Positions 31,935-40,699 of a stretch of DNA of 64,000 bases are shown piece by piece. Origin of the DNA: Alphaproteobacteria bacterium (GTDB taxonomy: Bacteria > Pseudomonadota > Alphaproteobacteria > SP197); contig OZ219747.1 of assembly GCA_964291265.2 (NCBI GenBank), positions 3,264,001 to 3,328,000 of the forward strand, written 5' to 3'. The notes beneath the pieces were generated by a model. That model worked only from the letters and a program-made list of their open reading frames with translations. It was not told the DNA's origin and did not search any database. Positions within the stretch are counted from its first letter, which is position 1. Each line of letters starts with the position of its first letter. Position numbers and translations under genes: made by a program.

Positions 31935-33985
31935 AACTCGAACTCGCCCTGGTTCGGGTCCGCGTCGGCGACGCTCCGGCAGCCGGACAGCGCCGCGACG
32001 ACCCGAGGGGCCTCCAGGTCCGCCGCTGCGATGGCCCAGGGCGCCCCGGTGCAGACCTGCCGTGCGGGCAGGATGCCCGTCCGGATCAGCCGGCGCACGA
32101 CCGAGGGATCGACGCCGAGCTGCGCCGAGGCCTCGCTGAGGGACAGTTCGCCGCGCTCCTGGCGTTCGCCCTCACGGTATACCGGAATGCCGCGACGGGA
32201 ACGGAAGACGCGCACCCGAACCCGGTTCCAGCCGTTGCCCTTGGTCGTCTTGCGGCCCATGAGGTTGAGAAGCCGGGCCATCTGCTCGTCGGGCAGCTGC
32301 CGGGCCAGTCCGGCGACCAGGTCCTCGACCTCCTTGTCGGACGTATAGCGATGCTCGCCGGTACGGAAGCGCTTCACCTCGATCTCGGTATGGTCGCCGC
32401 CGCGCCAGTGCAGAAGCAGGTGCACCGTGTCCTGTCGCATGCTGGCGGTGATATCCACCAGGGTCGCGCGCAGGATGTTCTTGCGCAGCTGCGGCGTTGC
32501 GGCCTCATGGGACCATGCGCGCTCCAGGTCGGCCCCCAGAGCCAGAAAGGCGTCACGGTCTGCGCACCCCGCTTCTCGCGCCTCGCGGGTCGCCTCGAGC
32601 GCCCGAAGCTGCTCTTCGCGCTCGCAGACCTCGGCCAGGCAGGCCTCCCACCGCGCCGCCAGGTTGTGGAGAATGTTGTGGTTGCCGGGATCAACCGCGT
32701 CAAACTGTGCCTGCGCACGACCGGCCTTGTACCGGGCTTCCTCCAGCGCCGAGGCGGCGAGGCGGATCCGCGCCGACGTATCGTCGCCGCGCCGCTCGAA
32801 CGCCTCCAGCGCGGCAGCCACGCCAAGGGGTTGCGCCGCAGCGAGAACGGCCGCGCTCACGGCCCCGTCGACCCGCACGCCGCCGAAGCCAATGCAGGTG
32901 CTGCCCCCCGTGACGACGTCACCCGGACATTGGTAGCGGTGCGACGTGCCGTTGTCCGCAATCTGCATCCGCCGGCCGCAGCAGCCGCAGCGCACAAGGC
33001 CGGCCAGAAGCGCCTTGCCGGCCCGCGGCGCCCCCCGGTTCCCCACGGTGTTCGCCTCGATCACCCTCCGGTTCCTCTCGTACTCGTCCCAGCCGATGTA
33101 GCCCTCGTGGCGGTCGCGCAACAGAACCGACCATGCGGCCTCGGGCTTCATGATCCCTCGGCGTACCTTCCTGGTCCCGCCAGCGTCAACCGTCACCTCC
33201 TGGCGCCGGCGCCCGTACACATAGGCGCCGGCGTAGAGCGGGTTGCTGAGCATCAAGGCCAGCGTCGAGTTCTGCGGCACCCGCCACGCGATCCCGCCAC
33301 CCTTGGGGTCGCGAACCGGGATCCTGATGTCGCGCTTGCGGAACCAGAGATGGACCTGACGGATGCTGCGCAGTTCGCGGAACTTCCGGAACACCAGGTC
33401 GATCGCGTCGCGCTGGTGCTGGTCCGGCGTCTTCTCGATGCCGTGACGGTCGACCTTCTCGAAGCCGGCCGGCAGGTGCAGGAACAACTCCCCGCGCTCG
33501 GCCAGCGCCTGGCGGCTCTCCAGGGACCGCTGGCGGAACACCGCAAGCTCCATGTCCGCAAACTGGCCCTTGAGACCCAGAAAGGCCCGGTCGTCGACCA
33601 TCGCTGGATCGTGGATCCGCTCGCGGTCGCCGACCAGGCAGCCGACGACGGCGCAGATCTCCAGAAGCGCGTGCCAGTCCCGACCATTGCGCGCCAGACG
33701 CGAGGCCTCAAGGGCCAGGACAAGGCCGACCGTGCCGCTGCACACGGCCTGCAGAAGGCGCTCGAAGCCCGGACGCCTCACCCCGCCGCCCGAGACGCCA
33801 AGATCGTCGTCGATCACCTCGACCCTCGCAAAGCCCAGCCCCCGGGCATGGTCCTCGAGGGCGTACTGCAGCTTGCGCCGCTCGACGTGGTTGCGCACCT
33901 GCATCTCGCTCGACTGGCGGATGTACACGATCGCCGAGCGCGCCAGGTGGCCGGCGGTCAGCCGCGCGTCACGCATCACCGTCAT
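31931..33985 (-). CDS. Large serine recombinase (resolvase + recombinase + Zn ribbon + C-terminal HTH)
   Basis: YIRQSS catalytic Ser, DDDLGVSG, EASRLARN, NPLYAGAYVYG, HEGYIGW, LAGLVRCGCCG. Confidence 0.93.
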   Translation of the reverse strand: MTVMRDARLTAGHLARSAIVYIRQSSEMQVRNHVERRKLQYALEDHARGLGFARVEVIDDDLGVSGGGVRRPGFERLLQAVCSGTVGLVLALEASRLARNGRDWHALLEICAVVGCLVGDRERIHDPAMVDDRAFLGLKGQFADMELAVFRQRSLESRQALAERGELFLHLPAGFEKVDRHGIEKTPDQHQRDAIDLVFRKFRELRSIRQVHLWFRKRDIRIPVRDPKGGGIAWRVPQNSTLALMLSNPLYAGAYVYGRRRQEVTVDAGGTRKVRRGIMKPEAAWSVLLRDRHEGYIGWDEYERNRRVIEANTVGNRGAPRAGKALLAGLVRCGCCGRRMQIADNGTSHRYQCPGDVVTGGSTCIGFGGVRVDGAVSAAVLAAAQPLGVAAALEAFERRGDDTSARIRLAASALEEARYKAGRAQAQFDAVDPGNHNILHNLAARWEACLAEVCEREEQLRALEATREAREAGCADRDAFLALGADLERAWSHEAATPQLRKNILRATLVDITASMRQDTVHLLLHWRGGDHTEIEVKRFRTGEHRYTSDKEVEDLVAGLARQLPDEQMARLLNLMGRKTTKGNGWNRVRVRVFRSRRGIPVYREGERQERGELSLSEASAQLGVDPSVVRRLIRTGILPARQVCTGAPWAIAAADLEAPRVVAALSGCRSVADADPNQGEFEL

Positions 33986-34398
33986 CGCCCGCCCCCTCCC
34001 GCAACGCCGCCATCACATGCTCGATCAGCGCCGCGACTGCCGGCTGCAGGGCCCGCCTCAGGTGCGGCCTGTGCCAGACCAATGGCGTCTTCTGGAACAG
34101 GTCCGTCCGGAACACCAGCGGTTCCGCGAGATTGTCCTTCATCGAGTTCCTCCTCTGTCTTCCGCAAGGAACCCAGGAAGGATGTCGCGAGATCATGCAG
34201 GTCCGCCAGCGCATCCAGGGACAGCCTCGGTGCCGCGCGAAGCTCGTAGCGCGCGGACTCCGGCAATATCATCCATTCCGCAAGCCGGTGCCGCTTACCT
34301 TGGGAATCAACGACTACGAGAACCGGACGACCGTGAAGCGACCGCCTCACCCGGCATGTCACGCGCTGCCCGGCCAGAGGATGAAAGCGGTAATGCAC
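33982..34398 (-). CDS. Small hypothetical protein upstream of the recombinase (Y4bD/DUF5372-like)
   Basis: HYRFHPLAG...LAEWM...PRLSLDALADL; overlaps the recombinase start. Confidence 0.55.
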   Translation of the reverse strand: MHYRFHPLAGQRVTCRVRRSLHGRPVLVVVDSQGKRHRLAEWMILPESARYELRAAPRLSLDALADLHDLATSFLGSLRKTEEELDEGQSRGTAGVPDGPVPEDAIGLAQAAPEAGPAAGSRGADRACDGGVAGGGGR

Positions 34399-35301
34399 CG
34401 TGATCTCCGCGCCAGGCGCAATGTGGGGATTCGCCGGGTAGCCAGCCCTGGATTTCTATCGCCAACCTTGGGTCCCACATCCTCGCCGTCATGCGACGCC
34501 GACTGTCCGATGACTGGACCAGACGCTACAACACCACACCGGTCCTCATCGAAACCTTCGTCCAGACACCGCGCTACACAGGCACCGTCTACAAGGCGTC
34601 AGGATGGATCCATGTCGGCACCACCAAAGGACGCGGACGCTACGATACGCACAAGAAATTCGACAAGCCCAAAAAGGACATCTGGCTGAGGCCTCTCCGC
34701 AAGGACTGGAAACGCATCCTCAACCGGTGAATATCACCAACAATCACCGCGCGACCGAACGCTTACGCGGCGGACGCTTCAACGACATGCCAAGGCCAAC
34801 AGGCATGACGCCGCCCGCGCCCAGAACACACGCGACGAGACCCTTGTCCCGCCCGGCGGATGGACCGTCGCTCTTCACCCCCGCGCGATGCGCAGGGAAC
34901 GTTCCGCCGAACGACGCAACAGGGCAGCCGTGCCCGAATACTCCGAAAAGCGTGCCTGAACAGGCATGATGCACCAGCAGTGGTCACTGAAACCGGCACG
35001 TTGAGAACCCGGGTCGCCTCAAGCATGCTCGGCCCCTGCCACATCGGCACTCCAAGCCCGAAATGGTCCTGGGGTCCGGGCGCGTATGTTGAACCAGGCC
35101 TCCGGATGGGTTATGGGTTGGTCTGTCAGGTTCCAGGTTCGCTGGGGCTTGGCCTTGCGGGCGCGGTGGCGGTCCGGATTCGCGACGGGAGAAGGGTCAT
35201 GATGGGGGCATTGGGCGAAGTCCAGGTGCATGACTTGTCGCTGCTGACCGGGACGGGTGTGAGTGCGAGTGCTTCGCGTGCGCGAACTCACAGGCTTTGT
35301 A

Positions 35302-35316
35302 CCCCCCCCCCCCCCC
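35302..35316 (+). repeat. Poly-C homopolymer (15 nt)
   Basis: Directly visible. Confidence 0.9.
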
Positions 35317-35329
35317 GGACGAGCCCGGG

Positions 35330-35633
35330 GACTGAGCCGGAGGGCGCCTTCGGGAAGACCGCCCGCCCCCTGATCGCGGCATTCGCCACCTTCGCCGAAT
35401 TCGGGAGCGGCCTGAAAAATCCGCACCCGCGGGGGCATGGCGCCGTCCGCGCGAAGGGGAAACTTCGCAGCAGGAAGCCGAAGCTCTCGGACCGGCAGGT
35501 CCGGCAACTGCGACGCCTGCACGACACTGACGACTGCAACGTGAACGGCCTCGGCGAGGTGTTTCCTGTCTCCCGGCCTGCCGTATGTCGTACTCTTCAG
35601 CGAGCAACTGTTCCTGCTCGACCGGACCTTTGA
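35330..35633 (+). pseudogene. Small serine resolvase/invertase C-terminal remnant
   Basis: FATFAEF, RAKGKLRSRKPKLSDRQ, degenerate HTH_7 FPVSRPAVCRTL; catalytic N-terminus absent. Confidence 0.7.
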
Positions 35634-35647
35634 ACGGAGAACCACAT

Positions 35648-36763
35648 ATGCTGCGCTTCTGGACGACCTTCCTCATGCTTCTCCTCGCTCCGCTCGCGTC
35701 GACCGGGGCCGAGGTGCTGAAGCCGAAATTCGGCGACATCGACGGCGTCTTCTACGCGGATGTCTCCGGGGACCGCGAAGCCTGTCGACAGACGGTCAAG
35801 AGGATGGTGGTGCACTGTCTCCAGAACACGACCTTCATCAGCAACACGCTGAACCGGGAGTACCCGGAGTGCCTGCCGATCTTCACGGAGCAGTCGCAAT
35901 GGTGCGCGGACCATTTTCGTAACCAGACGTTCAAATGCGATGGTTCCGGCGAGGTTCGCATCGACGGCTTCACCGACTTTGCCTGCACGGTGACGGTCGT
36001 GGAGGAGGGCGAGGAGCCGGAGGACACACCCGGCATTGCCCCGGCCGACCGCTGGATGCAGGCGCGGACCCGGACGAATGTGCGCAGCGGCCCCGGCACC
36101 GACCACGCCCGTGTCGGGCTGCTGGAGGTCGGCGAGCGGGTCCATGTCACGGGCGAGGCCGGCGAGTGGCTGCGCATCGAGGTTCCGGACGGCAGTATGG
36201 CCTTCGTTCACGGCTCGCTGTTGACGGAGATGGCACCCGAGGCGGCGGATCAGGCGGAGGTCAAGGCCACGCCGGAGAGTCGGGACGCGACCGCCGCCCT
36301 ATCGCCGAAATGCGTCGGGATGAGCGAGGGCGCCGAATGCTGGATTGAACTCGCCGACCGGCCCGGCTGTTTTGTTTTCAGTCTCTACTACTCTCCCCCC
36401 GAGACGGCGACCTGGTCCGGCGAATGCCAGGACGGCCTCGCCGTTGGGCAGGGAACCTTGGGGCGGGAGTGGGAGTCCGCCTCCAGATCCGTCCAGGCCA
36501 CGGGCACGTTGGTGCGGGGCAAGGAGCACGGACACTGGGTCTTGCGCTGGGCTGACGAAGGCTGGGCTGACGGAGACATCTGGGAAGGTCCTTTTGTGGA
36601 CGGCAAGCTGCACGGCCACTGGGTCTTGCGCTACGCTGACGGAGGCGGCCAGGAAGGCCCTTATGTGGACAGCAAGCGGCACGGCCACTGGATCATGCGC
36701 TACGCTGACGGGTCCTCTGAGGAATGGGAGTATCGCAACGGCGAGCTTCTTCCACGTAACTGA
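35648..36763 (+). CDS. Secreted protein: Cys-rich N-domain + bacterial SH3 + MORN/YwqK-like repeats (paralog 1)
   Basis: GGAGA RBS, signal peptide, NVRSGPGTDH, WSGECQDGLAVGQG, repeats GPxVDxKxHGHW. Confidence 0.8.
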   Translation: MLRFWTTFLMLLLAPLASTGAEVLKPKFGDIDGVFYADVSGDREACRQTVKRMVVHCLQNTTFISNTLNREYPECLPIFTEQSQWCADHFRNQTFKCDGSGEVRIDGFTDFACTVTVVEEGEEPEDTPGIAPADRWMQARTRTNVRSGPGTDHARVGLLEVGERVHVTGEAGEWLRIEVPDGSMAFVHGSLLTEMAPEAADQAEVKATPESRDATAALSPKCVGMSEGAECWIELADRPGCFVFSLYYSPPETATWSGECQDGLAVGQGTLGREWESASRSVQATGTLVRGKEHGHWVLRWADEGWADGDIWEGPFVDGKLHGHWVLRYADGGGQEGPYVDSKRHGHWIMRYADGSSEEWEYRNGELLPRN

Positions 36764-36885
36764 TGATGCCCTTGATCAGGCAATTTGCTGTGAAACATTT
36801 CTGATCCCTCCGCCACCTTTTGTTGAACAGGGCGCGAGCGACCTGTCGGTCAGGTGCATGCCTGACCGCCTGCATGCCTGGCTGT

Positions 36886-36923
36886 TGCGGGGGGTGCGCA
36901 GCAATGCGCATCCCTACCGCGAC
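36886..36923 (+). mobile_element. Group II intron domain VI scar
   Basis: 38 bp identical to the 3' end of the intron at 27817-27854 (TGCGGGGGGTGCGCAGCAATGCGCATCCCTACCGCGAC). Confidence 0.88.
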
Positions 36924-37775
36924 GTCTTCCGGCCACAAGTCGTTCGTTGTCCTGAACAACCGGCACGGTTCCTCGAAACGCCGGACGCTGGGTCCCGTGA
37001 CACGCATGTCTGTCGAGGAAGCGCGCTCCCGGTGTCTCGCCATCCAGTCCGGCGACATGGAACCGCTGGTGGACACTCCCCTGGTTCCCGTACCTCTCTT
37101 CGGCGACTTTGTTGCAGATGTCTGGCGGCCCGAGTGTTTCGACCGCTTCAAGCCGTCCGCCCCCGGTGGCCCATAAGGAGCCAACTCAAGACTCAACTTC
37201 TGCCAGCCTTCGGTGCCATGCCGCTTGATCGAATCACACGCAAGGAAGTGATGGCATGGTTCGACCACTACAGCAGGACGGCGCCAGGCGGCGCCAACCA
37301 TGCTCTCGATACGTTGGGCCAGATCCTCAATCATGCCAAGGTCCACGGCCATAGGTGGTCCGAAGTCGGCGCCGACACCCTCGATCTTGCCGACAGCAAG
37401 ACCGGACCACGGAAAGTCTACCTCAACAGCAAGGCCAGCCGGATCATCGCTCGTCAGCCCAGGAAAGGCAGCGATCATGTCTTCCCGTCACCCTGCGATC
37501 CGACCGTACCCACATCGAGCGTGCGGCAACTGTGGTACACCCTTCGCAAACGGGTCGGCATCGAGGATGTACGTCTGCATGACCTGCGACACAACTTCGC
37601 CAGTCAGGCTGTGCTGAACGGTGTGCCGCTTCCGACAGTGGCGAGACTCCTCGGTCATCGCCAGGTTTCGATGACCCTGCGCTATGCCCACGTTGCGGAC
37701 AGGGATGTCGAGACTGCGGCGGAACGGGTCGGGAATGCGATCACACAGATCATGACTTCAGGCGTTGCATCCTGA
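36924..37775 (+). pseudogene. Tyrosine integrase, 5' truncated, frameshifted and internally deleted
   Basis: Arm-binding SGHKSFV...RRTLG, DSKTGPR, RLHDLRHNFAS, LLGHRQVSMTLRYAH. Confidence 0.85.
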
Positions 37776-37924
37776 GAGCTCGCTCAGGGCCGGTCCAACC
37801 CGGTTTCGTTCGACCACGATGCGTGCTGGACACCGGTGCGCGATCCGGCCCTCGGGCAAGGCTGCCTCGAAGGTGACACACACCTCAGGTCGTCGTCGAG
37901 TCTGCCCGGCCCGGCGTTCTCCGC

Positions 37925-38450
37925 TCAACTTGGCAGTCTCACGGGAACGTTCTGGTCCGGCTTCACGCCGAGCGGCTGGAAAGCTCGTTTCTGGACCGGG
38001 GTCGGCGCGATTACGACGGACAGCAGGCTTTCGCCGTGGACCGGCAGGCGCGGCTGGTTCAGCGCCATGCCCGAGAGACCGTCAAGCAGGGTGCGGAAGC
38101 TGTGCACGGACAGCCCGTCGGGGGTGAGCCTGGTGTTGGCCCTGACCTTCGCACTCTTCGAGACCGTGGCCCACCTTTCCACCGACGAGTTCCACCGCGC
38201 CCGAGCACCTTCGCGGTCGTCGTCCTCGGACAGCATCGGCGCGAGGCGCTGAGCGCATGTGCCATTCACCATGCCGGGCCAGCATGCACAGGACCATGTG
38301 GGCACGGACGTGATCCGGCGAACAGACGTAGACCGGACGGATCCGGAGGTGGCTCCTGGCGTTCCGGAACGCGCGCTCCACGCCTGCGAGGCTCTTGGTG
38401 AACCTCCACCGCCTCATCGCGGCCGATCGTCTCCGGACCGAGACTGAGCA
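37925..38450 (-). pseudogene. IS1634 family transposase C-terminal remnant
   Basis: KSLAGVERAFR, IRPVY...HVRAH, VHSFRTLL, PTPVQKRAFQPLGV. Confidence 0.8.
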
Positions 38451-38538
38451 GGGATGCGCATTGTCTCGATGGCAGGTAAACTCTTCGTTCGGACATGGAG
38501 ACCGCCCACCGGGTGGGGCAGCCCAAGACAGGGGAGAT

Positions 38539-40197
38539 ATGAGAATGCGAGTGATGTTGATCGTCGGGGCGCTGACCTTCGCGACAGTGGCCGGGAGCAC
38601 GGCTGCGGAGGCAGACGAGGCGTGGATCGATAGCTTCGCGTTCGCCTGCACGACGCCGGAGGGCGAGACCCTGAAGCCGAAGTTTGGAGACATCGACGGG
38701 ATCTTCTACCCGGACCTCCCGGCGCAGCGGGAGCAGTGCCTGGAGACGATCCAGCGCAAGATCGTGCACTGTCGCGATAACGTGGACTTCGGATCCAACA
38801 CGAAGAACGAGACGTATGCGCCCTGCCTGCCGATCTTCGCCGAGCAGGCCGAGGCCTGCGTCGGGCACTTCACCTTCGAGCGGAGCAAGTGCGACGCCGG
38901 CGGGTACGGCACGGAGGCGGCGGGTCAGGCGGAAGACGAGGCGGCGCCGGAGGAGTCCCATTCGGTGGCGACGCTGGATGAGACGATGGAAGTGACGACA
39001 CGCGCCAACGTGCGTTCAGGTCCCGGTACCGGCTACGACGTGCTCGGCACGCTGGATGCGGGCGTCGGCGTACGGGTGACGGGCGTTGTCGAGGGCGGCA
39101 AGTGGATGCGCGTGGACCTGCGCGAGGACGGAGGGCCAGCCTTCATCCACACCTCGTTGCTGAAGGAGGTGGCGCCCGAGGCGGTGGATCAGGCGGAGGT
39201 CGTGGACACGCCGGAGAGTCAGGACGCGACCGCCGCCCTATCGCCAAAATGCACCGGGTCAGTACTCCCGGTCTACGGATGCTGGTTTGAATTCGACGAC
39301 CCGCCCGGCTGTTATGCCTTCACTCCCTATTATACTCCCGAGGAGACGGGGACCTGGTCCGGCGTATGCCAAGACGGCCTCGCCGTCGGGCAGGGAACTT
39401 GGGAGGAGACGACGGGTTACTATTCTAATGGCCAGGCTACGGGTACGCTGGTGCGGGGCAAGATGCACGGCCCCTGGGTTTGGCGCTCCGATTCAGTCGT
39501 TCAGGAAGGCCCTTATGTCGATGGCAAGATGCACGGCTGCTGGGTCATTCGCTGGCTTTATGGTGACAAATCCGTCGAGGAAGGTCCTTTTGTTGACGAC
39601 AAGAGGCACGGCCGCTGGGTCTTTCGCTTTCCTGATGGCTTCAATGGAATCTTCCGCGATGACAATGATGATGGCTACTTCGATGACCATGAAAGGTACT
39701 ACCGCAACGGTAAGGAGGTCGCGTGGAATGCGTTATCTTCGGATGGTGCCGGATGCGACGATGTTCGGATGGCGCCGCCAGATGCGACGATGGAGGAAAC
39801 GGCACCCGAGGCGTCGGACGCACCGCTCGAGCCCGTCGGGCCGAACTGGATTGTCGCGGAAAACCAGCCCTGCCAACTCCGGAATCCTTATCCCGTGCCT
39901 GACGAGACCGTGACATGGACGGGACCTTGCGTGGATGGCAAGGCTTCGGGTCAAGGGCGGTTTGTCTGGCGCCACAGCGACGGCGTGGACACGTACGAGG
40001 GCAGCATGCGCGACGGTGCGCCCCACGGCCACGGGACCTATACCCAAGGGTTCAACGGCTTCCGTTACGAGGGCGAATGGCGCGATTTCAAGAGGCACGG
40101 CCAAGTGATCCTTACCCTGCCCGACGGCGAAGCCCAGACCTGTGAATGGCGCGATGACGAGAGGGTCGACGGGACCTGCGAATGGCATAGCCGCTGA
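38539..40197 (+). CDS. Secreted protein: Cys-rich N-domain + SH3 + two MORN-like blocks (paralog 2)
   Basis: GGAG RBS, signal peptide, LKPKFGDIDG, NVRSGPGTGY, WSGVCQDG, WTGPCVDGKASGQG, YEGEWRD. Confidence 0.8.
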   Translation: MRMRVMLIVGALTFATVAGSTAAEADEAWIDSFAFACTTPEGETLKPKFGDIDGIFYPDLPAQREQCLETIQRKIVHCRDNVDFGSNTKNETYAPCLPIFAEQAEACVGHFTFERSKCDAGGYGTEAAGQAEDEAAPEESHSVATLDETMEVTTRANVRSGPGTGYDVLGTLDAGVGVRVTGVVEGGKWMRVDLREDGGPAFIHTSLLKEVAPEAVDQAEVVDTPESQDATAALSPKCTGSVLPVYGCWFEFDDPPGCYAFTPYYTPEETGTWSGVCQDGLAVGQGTWEETTGYYSNGQATGTLVRGKMHGPWVWRSDSVVQEGPYVDGKMHGCWVIRWLYGDKSVEEGPFVDDKRHGRWVFRFPDGFNGIFRDDNDDGYFDDHERYYRNGKEVAWNALSSDGAGCDDVRMAPPDATMEETAPEASDAPLEPVGPNWIVAENQPCQLRNPYPVPDETVTWTGPCVDGKASGQGRFVWRHSDGVDTYEGSMRDGAPHGHGTYTQGFNGFRYEGEWRDFKRHGQVILTLPDGEAQTCEWRDDERVDGTCEWHSR

Positions 40198-40239
40198 ATG
40201 GCCGGGCTGCAGCTTGCCGAGCGACACGCCGCGTTCCCG

Positions 40240-40690
40240 CTCGACCTGTGATTTCTGCTGCCGAGCGCTCAGGCGGAAGCTTGTTCCCGGATGGACGGTC
40301 CTGGTCCGGTTGAGTTCGTCGATCAGCGCCAGCAGTGCTCTTGTCGTTGCGTTGTTGGCCAGGCCCGAGGATGCCGACCCTGAGGATGCCCTTCCTGTGG
40401 TCCGGCTCGATGCCAGCATCGGTGGTCATCGGGCGGCGATGAGGGTGCGGACGGTGTCGGGTCGCGCCCTTCCCCGGATCACAGGGGTCATCATGCGGGT
40501 TTCGGCTTGTCGTTGTCGGCGAGCTCGCCGACACGGACATGGCTGGCCAGGGTCGAGCGGCGCTCCTCGAGTTCGGCGAGGGTCTCCTCGACGGTGACGG
40601 CGTCGAAGGCGAGGTACGTGAACTCATCGTCGGCGCAGTCGAGCCAGCGATCCTTGATCCGGGTCCCGATCTTCAACGTCAGCGCATACT
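40240..40690 (-). pseudogene. Degraded transposase/mobile-element fragments
   Basis: IEPDHRKGILRVGILG / LIDELNRTRTVHPGT resembles a transposase C-terminus; frameshifted. Confidence 0.4.
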
Positions 40691-40699
40691 CACCCAGTG

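Larger units (their letters stand above)
31091..34447 (-). mobile_element. Large serine recombinase element (about 3.36 kb; resembles NGRRS-1/y4bA-type elements)
   Basis: Precisely interrupts DUF4338; GCC at both junctions (31088-31090, 34445-34447); no TIRs; three overlapping ORFs. Confidence 0.85.
30507..34730 (+). pseudogene. DUF4338 (DruA-like domain) gene split by the recombinase element (30507-31090 + 34448-34730)
   Basis: WNEFVARYHYLG, AAWKIAPRDTFIGW, NPRFLIMP|WISIANLGSHIL, ETFV, GTVYKASGWIHVGTTKGRG; the rejoined frame is 288 aa. Confidence 0.88.
26744..34766 (+). mobile_element. IS66-family element with two nested insertions
   Basis: IRL GTAAGCGTTCGGCCGTGCGGTGATGG at 26744; IRR ending 34766 (23/26 match); perfect 8-bp TSD GCGGCGGA at 26736-26743 and 34767-34774. 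Confidence 0.93.

Noticed and set aside
31757-34249. 830-aa plus-strand ORF
   Set aside because: Antisense shadow of the serine recombinase, typical of high-GC DNA
30507-34730. Complete Druantia system
   Set aside because: Only a short DUF4338 gene inside an IS; no DruE helicase or other dru genes
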